From Sedimentisphaerales bacterium (GTDB lineage: Bacteria > Planctomycetota > Phycisphaerae > Sedimentisphaerales > SM23-30), in the NCBI GenBank assembly GCA_963666285.1, contig OY762711.1: a stretch of 64,000 nucleotides of DNA; one strand, 5' to 3'. Below, one piece after another: positions 1 to 10,544 of the stretch. Below the pieces are notes generated by a model. It made no database searches, was not told the DNA's origin, and worked only from the letters and a program-made list of their open reading frames with translations. Position 1 is the first letter of the stretch; each line of letters begins with the position of its first letter. Position numbers and translations under genes: made by a program.

Positions 1-435
1 CCAGGAATTACCGATTAGAATATCCGAACAGAGCAAATCAAAGCTCATCCCATTCTGTCTCATTAAATCAAACTCGCTGAGAGCGCCGGTACTGGCTTTG
101 ATTTCAGGCTCACTAATCACCTCGCCTTTTATAGTAGCCAGGGTTAAGTTATCGTTCTGACAAAAACAAATGATATGGTCGCAACTGTAGTAATAATAAC
201 TTTGAAGAAACCGAAAACTGCCAAAGCAGAAAAAACAAAGGAGAATAAATGCGTATGTTATCCGGCGAAATTTTCTACCCAGGATATGAAAGAATATACT
301 AACTGCAATACAAAATGCAAATATAGCCAGATAAGCCTTGATGGAAAAGAAAATATTACCGGCAACAATTCCCAGGCCATAGCACAATACAGGCATGAAA
401 AGGGGTACATGCGGGGAATATTTCTGGTTCACCAT
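1..435 (-). CDS. ComEC/Rec2-family competence protein, N-terminal part (runs off window)
   Basis: Not in the ORF track. Manual translation from ATG at 435 gives MVNQKYSPHVPLFMPVLCYGLGIVAGNIFF...LTLATIKGEVISEPEIK, open to position 1. The P-L...GLGI hydrophobic start followed by G-x-V-x-x-x-P resembles the ComEC N-terminus (DUF4131). Confidence 0.55.
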   Translation of the reverse strand, partial: MVNQKYSPHVPLFMPVLCYGLGIVAGNIFFSIKAYLAIFAFCIAVSIFFHILGRKFRRITYAFILLCFFCFGSFRFLQSYYYYSCDHIICFCQNDNLTLATIKGEVISEPEIKASTGALSEFDLMRQNGMSFDLLCSDILIGNSW

Positions 436-727
436 ATAAATACCACATTAAGTTCTGACAATACTCAATTACTAACAACACACATGTAATTATATGAAGA
501 TTTTCCATAATTGAAAAGCATATATACCCATAACAGTTGAAAATGCTCGTTCGAACATGGTATAAATGATTACATTATCATTACTTACCTTACAGGTGAT
601 CGAACAAAATTATACACCATATGTATTGAATAAAAATCAACATATGACGCTGACAAACTTATCCAAAACCATTTAGAATACTTTAAGATTTTGCTCGCTG
701 CACAAAATGAATTTTTAGAGGTGGCCT

Positions 728-1849
728 TTATTCATAGCTTTGCCAGCGTTTGGCCCAGTCAACAAAGCGATCCTGTTCAATAGCTTTGCGGGTTTCGGCC
801 ATTAGCCACTGAAAGAATGCCAGGTTATGTAGCGAGATAAGAATCGGACCGGTCATCTCCGGTTTCTTTCGGTCGCAGACAAGCAAATGCCTGAGATAGC
901 CGCGCGAAAAATTACGGCAGGTATAGCAGTTGCAGTTTTCATCAAGCGGTCCGTTATCGAGCTTGTACTGCTCGTTACGCAGCCGTATATTTCCGTGGCT
1001 GGTAAAGGCAAAACCATGACGACCGTTGCGAGTGGGGATAACGCAATCGAACATATCGACCCCGGAAGCAATAGCCGCGATCATATCTTTGGGAGTGCCA
1101 ACCCCCATAAGATAACGGGGCTTTTCAAACGGCAGCTTCGGCACGATAAAATCGCAGGTCTCGATCATTTCTTCATGGCTTTCGCCGACACTCAGCCCGC
1201 CTACGGCATAACCGGGAAAATCTAGCTTGATTAGTTCTTCAGCACACCACTGACGCATTGCCTTATCGGTCCCGCCCTGCACTATGCCAAAGAGCCATTG
1301 ATCTTTCGGACGCTGATGGGCTTCCTGGCACATCTCGGCCCAGCGGAGAGTGCGAATGACCGCCTCTTTCATACGCTCAGGTGTACAAGGAAGTTTTACG
1401 CACTCATCAAATGCCATAATAATATCAGCGCCGAGCTTATTCTGAACGTGAGTGGCAATAATCGGATCAAGCCTGATTTTTGCTCCATCAATATGCGAAC
1501 GAAATTCTACTTCATCATCACTGATTCGATTAATATCTGCGAGCGAAAATACCTGGAAACCGCCGCTATCGGTGAGCATAGGACCATGCCAGCCGGTAAA
1601 AGTCTGCAATCCTCCGAGAGCCTCGACAACATCTGCCCCCGGTCGAAGAAGCAGATGGTAAGTATTGCCGAGAACTATCTGGGCGCCGATCTCGTGAATC
1701 CTGTCTGGCAGAATACCCTTAATCGCGCCGCGGGTACCAACCGGCATAAAAACTGGTGTGTCTATTACGCCATGCGGAGTTGTTATACGCCCGCGCCTGG
1801 CCTTATGGTCGTTACTGCTATGTAAAATTTCAAAATTAAATTCAGTCAT
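728..1849 (-). CDS. tgt: tRNA-guanine transglycosylase (queuine tRNA-ribosyltransferase)
   Basis: TPVFMPVGT, DSGGFQVFSL, GIVQGG, YLMGVG, DMFDCVIPTRNGR and Zn-binding CNCYTC...H motifs. Confidence 0.97.
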   Translation of the reverse strand: MTEFNFEILHSSNDHKARRGRITTPHGVIDTPVFMPVGTRGAIKGILPDRIHEIGAQIVLGNTYHLLLRPGADVVEALGGLQTFTGWHGPMLTDSGGFQVFSLADINRISDDEVEFRSHIDGAKIRLDPIIATHVQNKLGADIIMAFDECVKLPCTPERMKEAVIRTLRWAEMCQEAHQRPKDQWLFGIVQGGTDKAMRQWCAEELIKLDFPGYAVGGLSVGESHEEMIETCDFIVPKLPFEKPRYLMGVGTPKDMIAAIASGVDMFDCVIPTRNGRHGFAFTSHGNIRLRNEQYKLDNGPLDENCNCYTCRNFSRGYLRHLLVCDRKKPEMTGPILISLHNLAFFQWLMAETRKAIEQDRFVDWAKRWQSYE

Positions 1850-1937
1850 TGTATAAACGATTATTACCGATAGCCACTCGGCTAATATAAAAAGTATCGT
1901 CCGGCCGGAATGCTCCTGACCGATTAAAACATTCTCA

Positions 1938-4052
1938 TTAGAGCCACGGATCTATAATTATGCCGCGGTTATTACGGGCTTCATAGTATGCCTGTTCCGG
2001 ACCGCGATGGGGATCACTTTTAATAACAATCTTAACATTATGCTCCTCTTCCAGCAATGACAGAACCGATCTCCTGTTATTGAGCAGGTAACAGGCAACT
2101 TCAGGTGCAACCTTCACGTCAAGCTCGGCCAGTTTAGGATCTTCAACAGCATAATTGATCTTTCGCATAACCTCAATCGAAACACTTTCCGGTGATTTCA
2201 AATGACCGGTACCTTTACACAGCGGACAGCTCATATAGGTACGATTCTTTAGCGAGGCTTTCATACGCTGGCGGGTAATTGCCATAAGACCAAACTGGTT
2301 AATACGCAATATCCTGGTACTGGCCCTGTCTTTTGTGAACAAATCCTTAACTTCTTTCTCGAGAGCACGTTTGTTCTTATTAGTCGCCATATCGATAAAA
2401 TCTATAACAACAACGCCGCCAAGGTCACGTAGCTTCAGCTGTCGGCAAATCTCTTCGGCTGCTTCCATATTGGTCTTGAAAGCAGTATCTTCAGCATTCT
2501 GGTTCTCACGGTATTTACCGCTGTTAACATCAATCGTAACCATAGCTTCGGTACTCTCGATAACAATTGATCCGCCATGCAGCAGAGGCACAGTTTTACT
2601 CTGTAGTTTTTGAATTTCCCGTTCCAGCTTATATTTGCTAAACAGCGGCTCGTGATCGGAATAATATTTCACCTTGTTACGGGTACGCGGCATGGCAATA
2701 GTAAAGAATTCCTTTATCTTTTTACAGGTATCTTCATCATCGCAAATAATACCGTCAACGCCGGTGGAAAATACATCACGTATAGTCCTGATTACCAGGT
2801 CGGATTCCTTGTACAGTTCAATCGGCCCGGACTTGATTTTTATTGTTCGGCTCATCTGTTTCCATAAACGAAGCAGATAATTGAAATCTTTTTTCAGTTC
2901 CCTCTTGTTACTATTAAGGCTCGCTGTTCGCAGGATCAGACCGACATCTTCAGGAGCGCTCAGTTCACTGCTCAGCTCTTTCATCTTCTGACGGTCTTCC
3001 TGGGTCAGCTTGCGCGAAACACCGCTATGCTTCATACCTGGCATAAGAACAACATATCGACCGGGTATCGAAATATATGAGCTTAGGGTAGGACCTTTGG
3101 TGCCTATACCGGATTTGATAACCTGAACTACAATCTCCTGCCCTTTCTTAAGGCTCTCCTGGATAAGCGGCCTGGTTTTTCTCGGATGCTTTTTGCCAAC
3201 CTTTTCTCCCTGGTCACTGCCGTTTTTGAAATATGACGCCTGAACATCTGAAATATGAAGGAAACCATTCTGACCGATACCGAAGTCAACGAAACACGCC
3301 TGGATACTCGGTTCGATATTTACAATTTTACCCTTATAGATATTTCCAACTAGGCTTTCGCTATCCAGTCGTTCGACATAAAGTTCCTCGAGCTTGTTAT
3401 TACTGATAACAGCAATTCTGCACTCCTGCCCGGAAGTAATATTAATTACCATATCCCGGCGGTCTTTTTTAGTCTTTGCAATACCATTTTGATTAGAAGA
3501 AACATTAGAAGTTTTCTTTTGACCGGAATCCCTGTCTCTTTTATCTTCTTTTTTATCTTCCTCCCTGCTGTCATCCTCTATTTTTACTGGATTATCTTTC
3601 GACTCTTTATCCTTTTTCGATTTCGAACGACGACGTCGCCTGGATTTACTGCTATGCTCCTTCTTTTCTTCAACCTCTGCACTATCAGAAGTATTTGTTT
3701 CCGAGCTGGAAGTATCTTTAGACTCTTTCTCTTCTGTGTTCTGCTCTTTTACGTCTGCCTGCTTTTCCGGCTCATCTGTTTTTTCTGATTCTTCTACAGT
3801 TTCAGGTTTTGTCGCTGTTTTCTTTTTCGTCGGACGCCTGCGCCTGGTTCCACGTCTCTTCGCCGTTTTAGTATTTTCTGCATCACCGGTCTTTTCCGAA
3901 TCAGATTCATTAGGACCTGTCTCGGCTTTCTGACGGCTAATTTCTACACTCTCATTTTTTTCTGCAGAATCAGAAGCCTCTGAATCTGGTTCAGGTTTCG
4001 GTTTTTCCTTATGGCCGAGAACCCGTTTAATTGTCTTCTTAATATTTTCCAT
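1938..4052 (-). CDS. rne: Ribonuclease E/G family with long charged N-terminal extension
   Basis: GNIYKGKIVNIEPSIQACFVDFG (S1), IDVNSG, LRDLGGVVVIDFIDM, CPLCKGTG; ~200 aa low-complexity K/E/S/R N-terminus. Confidence 0.9.
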   Translation of the reverse strand: MENIKKTIKRVLGHKEKPKPEPDSEASDSAEKNESVEISRQKAETGPNESDSEKTGDAENTKTAKRRGTRRRRPTKKKTATKPETVEESEKTDEPEKQADVKEQNTEEKESKDTSSSETNTSDSAEVEEKKEHSSKSRRRRRSKSKKDKESKDNPVKIEDDSREEDKKEDKRDRDSGQKKTSNVSSNQNGIAKTKKDRRDMVINITSGQECRIAVISNNKLEELYVERLDSESLVGNIYKGKIVNIEPSIQACFVDFGIGQNGFLHISDVQASYFKNGSDQGEKVGKKHPRKTRPLIQESLKKGQEIVVQVIKSGIGTKGPTLSSYISIPGRYVVLMPGMKHSGVSRKLTQEDRQKMKELSSELSAPEDVGLILRTASLNSNKRELKKDFNYLLRLWKQMSRTIKIKSGPIELYKESDLVIRTIRDVFSTGVDGIICDDEDTCKKIKEFFTIAMPRTRNKVKYYSDHEPLFSKYKLEREIQKLQSKTVPLLHGGSIVIESTEAMVTIDVNSGKYRENQNAEDTAFKTNMEAAEEICRQLKLRDLGGVVVIDFIDMATNKNKRALEKEVKDLFTKDRASTRILRINQFGLMAITRQRMKASLKNRTYMSCPLCKGTGHLKSPESVSIEVMRKINYAVEDPKLAELDVKVAPEVACYLLNNRRSVLSLLEEEHNVKIVIKSDPHRGPEQAYYEARNNRGIIIDPWL

Positions 4053-4126
4053 TCTTAATCCTCATGACTTCGCATACAGCGAAATTGTTTCCTTTTTGAT
4101 CCTTTTTCATTATTCTAATGCAATAA

Positions 4127-4840
4127 CTAACTTGATAACTTAGAGTCAAGCGTAAATAGATCATTGAATATTTTTCCGTTATAAACAGTCTTTGTCCGCC
4201 TGATAATTTTTACATCATCAATAAAATCCAGACCAACAGCTTCGACAACCTCCTTAAGTTTTGCAGTTGCGCCTGGGCTGATTTTCACCACAAGCTTTAT
4301 TAAACTGTTTTCTAAATTTATCTCTTTTATGTTTTCCTTGATATTGACACTGCGTGCTTTATGACGGCCCCTGGCCTGACGCTGAACAAAATATTCCTGC
4401 TCCGCATTCAACCTCTCAATACTGCCTGTTAAAACAGTTAAATCTACATGACTGTGAGGCTCGATCTCATAATAGACTTCTTCCGGAAGCGGGGTGTCTT
4501 TGCCCGGAACATATCCGGCATTAAGAAGGACAAGCCCGTCTGGCAGCTGGCCGGCCAATCTTGCAGCTGCCTCTTCCGGTTCTAGCCGGTCAGAAACATA
4601 AACCACCATGATTTCACATTCGCTGGCAACCCCGACACTGCGCGGAAGCGGCAGTGACATCTTAATATGGGGGTTAAATCCCTTGGAATAACATACTGAG
4701 ATTGAAGCGCGTATCATCGCACGCTGCCAGATAGTATGGGTTTCTTTATGCGAAAAAAATCTCGCATCACCCTGGACAGAAAACAATATATATAACCTAT
4801 ACTGCTCCTGCACATTTGCATTTACAATGTTTTCAGACAT
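4127..4840 (-). CDS. Radical SAM-linked protein (DUF2344/TIGR03936-like)
   Basis: RFFSHKE...RAMIRA...YSKGFNPHIKMSLPLPRSVGVASECE motif; sits upstream of RNase E/G, as is usual for this family. Confidence 0.85.
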   Translation of the reverse strand: MSENIVNANVQEQYRLYILFSVQGDARFFSHKETHTIWQRAMIRASISVCYSKGFNPHIKMSLPLPRSVGVASECEIMVVYVSDRLEPEEAAARLAGQLPDGLVLLNAGYVPGKDTPLPEEVYYEIEPHSHVDLTVLTGSIERLNAEQEYFVQRQARGRHKARSVNIKENIKEINLENSLIKLVVKISPGATAKLKEVVEAVGLDFIDDVKIIRRTKTVYNGKIFNDLFTLDSKLSS

Positions 4841-5043
4841 TACTTGTCTAGCCGACAGGTTTAATCAACTTTTTGCGGTTATGCTCTTAACACTTACCGG
4901 AAATAGTTAATAACTCGGCCGTATTCCGTTAAATAATATTCCATTTTCATGCAGATATCAAACAGGCAAAAATGCATGCCGATCTGCTCAAACTTATCCA
5001 TTAATTGGACAGCAATTCATCATCCTGAACTCAGGCAGAAATG

Positions 5044-6789
5044 CTAATCCAGATTTTCGTTCTGTATTTTTCTAAATTCATCCCTCAGGTAATTCACTGT
5101 CTGGCTGTCGGTATCAAAACCAAGCGCCTTGCGAGCCAGTCTCCTGCAATATTCAATAGAAACAGAACGAATAATTTTTTTCACTTCCGGTATCATAGGC
5201 GGTGCCAGGCTAAGCGCACGGAATCCCATACCGATAAGCAGCGGGGTTACTTCCGGCTCTGAGGCCATCTCACCACAGATACTAATATCTATTTTCGCCC
5301 TTTTGGCACTCTTGGCTACTCGGCTCAAAAGCTGAAGCACCGCTGGATGCATCGGGCTGTATAAAGTCGCAACTCTTTCGTTTACACGGTCAACTGCCAG
5401 GGTATATTGTATTAGATCGTTGGTACCTATGCTAAAGAAGTCAACCTCTTTTGCCAGGTCATCAGCTATCAAAGCCGAAGCTGGGGTTTCGATCATAATA
5501 CCAACCGGCATATTCTCATCATAAGGAATTCCCTGCTCTTCTAGGTCTTCCTTTACATCGGCAACAACCCATTTGGCCTGACGCAGCTCCATCATAGATG
5601 TTATCAAAGGAAACATCATCTTCAGCTTGCCGTGAACTGAAGCTCGCATGATTGCACGAATCTGTGCTCTAAACATTGGTATATGCTGCAGGCAATACCT
5701 GATAGACCGCAGGCCAAGAAACGGATTTCGCTCTGGTTCGCCGCTGCGTGCCTGGGTAAACTTATCCGCACCCAGGTCTACCGTCCTGATTGTAATCGGG
5801 TAATCGTTACCTATCAGGTTGATTGCTTCCATGTAAGCATTGTAATGATCTTCCTCGGTCGGCTCTTCCGAGACATCCAAATACAGAAATTCGGTACGAT
5901 AAAGACCGACACCTTCGCCGCCGCGCTGGATTACTATTTTCGCTTCTGACGGAAACTCGATATTGCCCATCAGCTCGATTGGCTCAAAATCTGTTGTTAC
6001 CGCCGGCAGCTCGGCTAGCTCGTTCAACCGCAGCTCATAGTTATGAAAATCGGTTGCATAAGATCGATATTCATTGATGGTATCTTCGTCAGGATCAACG
6101 ATAACAGTACCCCTGTTACCATCAACAATCACCATCTCGCCCTGACCGACATTGCGAGAAACATCGCCGAGTGCTACAACCGCTGGAATACCAAGACTCC
6201 TGGCTACGATAGCGGTATGAGATGTTCTGCCGCCGGCATCAGTTGCCAGACCTTTGATATATGTCTTATCAAAACTGGCGGTCTGCGTAGGGGTCAGATC
6301 GCGGGCAATAACAACCACAGGGCTGGTGAGATGTTTGAGGTCTTCCCTTTTATCGCCGATTAGATGACGCACAACCCTTTTTTCAATATCAAAGATATCG
6401 TTTGCTCGTTCTGATATATACCTGTCTGGGGCATGATTGAAATGGCCGGCAATATCACGCATTACCACACTTACGGCATATTCCGCTGAATATCGCTTCT
6501 CGTTTATGATATCGGTAATATTTTTTCGCAGAGTTCTGTCACGCAGAAAATGCAAATGCACGGCGAAAATATCCTTGATATGACTATCAACTACATTGGC
6601 CTGACTGGCCTGAAGGGTATTTACTTCCTGAGTGGCATCCAGGAACGCCTTCCGCAGCCGCTTTACCTCATTTTGAACATCCCGTTTAGGAACGATTCTC
6701 TTAGGTATGCGGTAATCTTCGGCATCAATCGCTACCGCACGGTAGATCGCGACACCTTGTGATACGCCTATTCCCTTGTATATATCCAC
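5044..6789 (-). CDS. ptsI: PTS enzyme I (phosphoenolpyruvate-protein phosphotransferase)
   Basis: GGRTSHTAIVARSLGIPAV (phospho-His), GVGLYRTEFL, NPFLGLRSIR, SIGTNDLIQY, ICGEMA; no N-terminal GAF domain. Confidence 0.95.
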   Translation of the reverse strand: MDIYKGIGVSQGVAIYRAVAIDAEDYRIPKRIVPKRDVQNEVKRLRKAFLDATQEVNTLQASQANVVDSHIKDIFAVHLHFLRDRTLRKNITDIINEKRYSAEYAVSVVMRDIAGHFNHAPDRYISERANDIFDIEKRVVRHLIGDKREDLKHLTSPVVVIARDLTPTQTASFDKTYIKGLATDAGGRTSHTAIVARSLGIPAVVALGDVSRNVGQGEMVIVDGNRGTVIVDPDEDTINEYRSYATDFHNYELRLNELAELPAVTTDFEPIELMGNIEFPSEAKIVIQRGGEGVGLYRTEFLYLDVSEEPTEEDHYNAYMEAINLIGNDYPITIRTVDLGADKFTQARSGEPERNPFLGLRSIRYCLQHIPMFRAQIRAIMRASVHGKLKMMFPLITSMMELRQAKWVVADVKEDLEEQGIPYDENMPVGIMIETPASALIADDLAKEVDFFSIGTNDLIQYTLAVDRVNERVATLYSPMHPAVLQLLSRVAKSAKRAKIDISICGEMASEPEVTPLLIGMGFRALSLAPPMIPEVKKIIRSVSIEYCRRLARKALGFDTDSQTVNYLRDEFRKIQNENLD

Positions 6790-6905
6790 TATTTTTCCTG
6801 CGGATTCGCTTGATTATGTTATTTTGCTGAAGGCAATGTATCGGCTAAACGCCAAACATATTTTATCATATATCCACTGCCAGGTCACATATAAAAATGG
6901 ACCCG

Positions 6906-7202
6906 CTATTTTATAAATTCGTTAGGAGTACGGCCTTCAACTATACTTACCAACGCAGTCAATGCTTCCTGGGCATCTGGTCCCTCGGTAATAATCTTTA
7001 ACCTGGTACCTTTTCCTGCTGCAAGCATCGTTAGCTGCATTATGCTTTTGCCATTAACGGTATTACCATTAATTTCAATTAGCACTTCCGATTCGTAATG
7101 CCCGGCACATTCTACAAATTGCATGGCCGGACGCATGTGCAGACCTTCATCAATCTGCACTTCACATTCCTGCTCGGCTCTATTGGACGAATCTGAGCTC
7201 AT
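6906..7202 (-). CDS. ptsH: HPr phosphocarrier protein
   Basis: GLHMRPA (His15) and NGKSIMQL (Ser46) motifs. Confidence 0.93.
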   Translation of the reverse strand: MSSDSSNRAEQECEVQIDEGLHMRPAMQFVECAGHYESEVLIEINGNTVNGKSIMQLTMLAAGKGTRLKIITEGPDAQEALTALVSIVEGRTPNEFIK

Positions 7203-7310
7203 CTAATCCTTTTTCTTAATCTTGACATTATTATAGAATTTTATTCAAACACCTTACAGCAGGTTCCTATATATAAAAAACTTACCGCAAATCTGCTTAA
7301 TCAACCCTGT

Positions 7311-7796
7311 TTAACTGAAGTCATCAGTTCCGGGTGACTCTTCTGCTTCTTTCAACAGGTCAACGATTTCTTCTTTTGTTTCTGCCTGCCTTAAGAATTT
7401 ACGGAACATATCACGCTGCAGGTGCGAGAAAACTTTTTCCATAGCTTCCAGATGCTTGTCAGGATCGTTAGGAGGACTTAAAAGCAGCAAAACTGAATAA
7501 ACTGGGGCTTTATCCAATGAATTAAAATTCACACCTTCAACACTACGGCCAATAGTACCGGTAATGGTCTCTATACTTGGATGCTTGACATGCGGTACCG
7601 CAATACCTTTACCAATTCCGGTACTGCCCTGACGTTCTCTCTCGCACAGCTTCTCGATTATGTCTTCTTTGTCTTCAGCTTTAATTTTGCCTGAAGCCAC
7701 CAAAGCTTCAACCAGCTCGCGAATTACATCGTCACGTTCGGTACTTTCTAAGTTCGGAACAAATGCGTCCGGAACCATAAAGTCAGTCATTTTCAT
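7311..7796 (-). CDS. PTS EIIA component (Ntr/fructose-mannitol type)
   Basis: RERQGSTGIGKGIAVPH motif; lies between hpf and ptsH. Confidence 0.9.
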   Translation of the reverse strand: MKMTDFMVPDAFVPNLESTERDDVIRELVEALVASGKIKAEDKEDIIEKLCERERQGSTGIGKGIAVPHVKHPSIETITGTIGRSVEGVNFNSLDKAPVYSVLLLLSPPNDPDKHLEAMEKVFSHLQRDMFRKFLRQAETKEEIVDLLKEAEESPGTDDFS

Positions 7797-8002
7797 ATTT
7801 TATCTCTCCAGAGAATACTAACTAATGAAAATTACATTAGGCTTATATACGTTGGAGTCTTACTGTAACTCCATCTATAATCTTGAATATCTGACACTGC
7901 CGTTTATTTGGCAATGACATAAATTACTATAACTATTGAATTTATCAAATTTACTAGCAATTACAAAGACAATAATTATGTTCTTAGTAATATAATGGTA
8001 AA

Positions 8003-8362
8003 TTATTCTTCAATTACTTCGGCTGAGGCTTCACCGGCACTGGTTTTGCCCTTATGATGCTTGGTTTGTTCTTTATATTTCAACAGCTGACGCTCGGCAC
8101 GGTCTACTACACCGTCAATACAAGCATAAGCATCTTCATCTGTATGGTGAACAACAAATGGTTTTGCTCCGTCACCGGTATGTACGATTACTTCTACAAG
8201 GTAATTATTGCCCTTCGATGACGATTTGCCATCTATATCAAGTATCACTTCTATCTCGGTTATCCGGCCATGGAACTTGCTCAATCTAGATATTTTCTTA
8301 TCTGCGTAATCTTTTAATGAATCTGTCAGTTCAACATGACGGGATGTAATTTTAGTTATCAT
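8003..8362 (-). CDS. hpf: Ribosome hibernation factor / RaiA-HPF family
   Basis: ITSRHVELTDSLKDYADKKISRLSKF...DAYACIDGVVDRAERQLLKYKE. Confidence 0.9.
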   Translation of the reverse strand: MITKITSRHVELTDSLKDYADKKISRLSKFHGRITEIEVILDIDGKSSSKGNNYLVEVIVHTGDGAKPFVVHHTDEDAYACIDGVVDRAERQLLKYKEQTKHHKGKTSAGEASAEVIEE

Positions 8363-9209
8363 TCGGTATCTCCTTGATAAGATTCCCTGTGTTTTCTTCT
8401 AGTTCTTTCTTTACATTCTCTGTAGCTGCTTCCGATGCAAACTTTTCTGGATTTATCACCCCACCGCTTATAGTGAACCGAAGCGCTTCCTCTATCGTTA
8501 TCGGCAGATCTATCAACTCACTTTGCTCTACATGAATAACATATCCGGTGAACGGTGTTGGTGAACTGGGGATAAAAACTGCTACAGAAGCCGTTTCTTT
8601 CTGGGGGGCCATTGTTTTCATTAGCCCGGCACCTGTTACTAAACCTATTGACCACACGCCTTTACGAGGATATTGAACAAGAACTACTCTGTTAAATTCT
8701 AGCTTTTTCTCCCCTAAAAAGTATTCGGTAATCTGTTTGACATATGGATAGACCTGCTTAAAGCCAGGCACCTGGTTTACCATAATTTCAAAGTATTTCC
8801 AGAGTCTGTGTCCGATAAAACTCGCTAACAATCTGCCTACGACATAAACTATTATTATCGCTAGAAAAAAGCCCACCAGGGACCCATAACCTTGGGTCCA
8901 GGTTCGACGCAATTTCCACAAACGCATCTGATCTCGCTGCTTGCGGTCATTTACGTTTACACTGTCTAACTCATTTTCCTTCTGATACTTAGATAATTCT
9001 TCGCCTGTCAGCTCAGGATACTTTGTGTCAATCAACACAAATAGCCTGACCGCTCCTTCAGTAATATGCACTCCAATATTTTCCTGTACAAATTGGTAGC
9101 ACTCTATCAGAAGAATTATTGTCAAAACCGTGGGAAGCAAAGTAGCCAGACCTCGAAAAAAGAATAGCCTAAAGTCTGTCCAGAAATGTCTTTCAGGTTT
9201 GTTGCTCAT
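8352..9209 (-). CDS. DUF502 family membrane protein
   Basis: FFRGLATLLP, VLVQYPRKGVWSIGLVTG, VFIPSSPTPFTGY, ISGG motifs. Confidence 0.88.
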   Translation of the reverse strand: MSNKPERHFWTDFRLFFFRGLATLLPTVLTIILLIECYQFVQENIGVHITEGAVRLFVLIDTKYPELTGEELSKYQKENELDSVNVNDRKQRDQMRLWKLRRTWTQGYGSLVGFFLAIIIVYVVGRLLASFIGHRLWKYFEIMVNQVPGFKQVYPYVKQITEYFLGEKKLEFNRVVLVQYPRKGVWSIGLVTGAGLMKTMAPQKETASVAVFIPSSPTPFTGYVIHVEQSELIDLPITIEEALRFTISGGVINPEKFASEAATENVKKELEENTGNLIKEIPNDN

Positions 9210-9513
9210 ATTAACTTTTGATCTAAATCTCTCTAAAATAACTACTTATAATTGAATCAGCAAAAAATGTCTTTACAAATTTTCATAAAAACCTTCATAA
9301 ACCAGAAGTTATACTAATTCTGATCGTTATTTTTCTGCTTGATTAGAGCCCCGCTAGTTTACCTGTAATTGGGTATATAGTCAAATACTAATTAATATAG
9401 ATAAAAGCGATAGCCTGGTTTATATACCCTAAATAAAAGGGCCTACCAAAACATTATTATAGTAATCTTAAAATTAATGTCTCCTTTGATTAAGTTTTTA
9501 TATATAATTTGTT

Positions 9514-9690
9514 TACTTTTGCACTTTTCAAGTTGCAATAAACGCTAACAGGGCCTTCCTGCAACGCTTATGTTTTAAACAAAACGTGAGACGATAGTCG
9601 AACACCTTAATTTTTCATTTTTCACTATTCGTTTTTCACTTAATTGGCCCTGTTTCAGCCTTTGCGTGTAAACTTGAACAGTCAAAAGTA
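9514..9690. mobile_element. MITE-like ~177-bp element with imperfect terminal inverted repeats; second copy at ~57821-58018
   Basis: Left end TACTTTTGCACTTTTCAAGTT versus reverse complement of right end TACTTTTGACTGTTCAAGTT; the body aligns by eye with 57821-58018. Confidence 0.55.
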
Positions 9691-9764
9691 CGATACCGTA
9701 CTAATTACGCAATCTAATATATTATATGTTCGATAATAACAATAATTTAGAAACTTAATCAAAA

Positions 9765-10385
9765 ATGACAGACAAAATAGAAGCGATAATATTCGATCTT
9801 GGCAGAGTTTTAGTTGATCTGGACTTGAAAAAAGGAATCTTCGGCCTTTTTGATCATTCAGATGATGATAGCTCTGAGATCATAGCAAAGATTATGGCCA
9901 ATCCAGCCGTTAAACTTCACAATACGGGTAAGATATCATCGGAAGAATTCTATCAGCGAATATGCCGGGATATGGAACTTGAGATGGATTTTGAAGAGTT
10001 CAGTACAAGATGGTGTGATATTTTTTCACCAGTACCTGAAATGGGTACATTAATAGAAAAACTGAGTAAAAAATATCAAATTGGTTTGCTCAGTGATACC
10101 GACCCGCTTCACTGGAATTATGTCAAGAATCGGTACGAATACCTGAAGTTATTCCCCAACCCGGCATTAAGCTATAAATTAGGTATTACCAAACCTGAAA
10201 AAGAAATTTATATTAAAGCCTGTGAACTGACCGGTAGCCAACCCGAAAACACGCTTTACATAGATGACCTGAAAGTAAATGTGGAAGGTGCAATCAGTGT
10301 AGGCATGAAAGCCTTTGTTCATACCGGACCTCAAGATACGATTAATGCCATCAATAATATACTTGGCAATGGTCTGGATGGATAA
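9765..10385 (+). CDS. HAD-family hydrolase (YihX-like phosphatase)
   Basis: IIFDLGRVLVD motif I, LSDT, KP..IY, YIDD...N motifs. Confidence 0.88.
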   Translation: MTDKIEAIIFDLGRVLVDLDLKKGIFGLFDHSDDDSSEIIAKIMANPAVKLHNTGKISSEEFYQRICRDMELEMDFEEFSTRWCDIFSPVPEMGTLIEKLSKKYQIGLLSDTDPLHWNYVKNRYEYLKLFPNPALSYKLGITKPEKEIYIKACELTGSQPENTLYIDDLKVNVEGAISVGMKAFVHTGPQDTINAINNILGNGLDG

Positions 10386-10544
10386 TGTAAAACACTTGGT
10401 TGGGGCTTCACCTTATATGTAGGCCAATCTTTATTGTAAGCTAAAAGAGATTATTTGATTATGAACATCTTCACAGCTTATTTTTTCTGTCGACACCTTC
10501 CGGTACAACAAGAATGAAAAAATCTTTTAAGACGGAGCTGATAA

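Noticed and set aside
175..489. 104-aa plus-strand ORF
   Set aside because: Antisense to a more convincing ComEC-like reading frame on the minus strand
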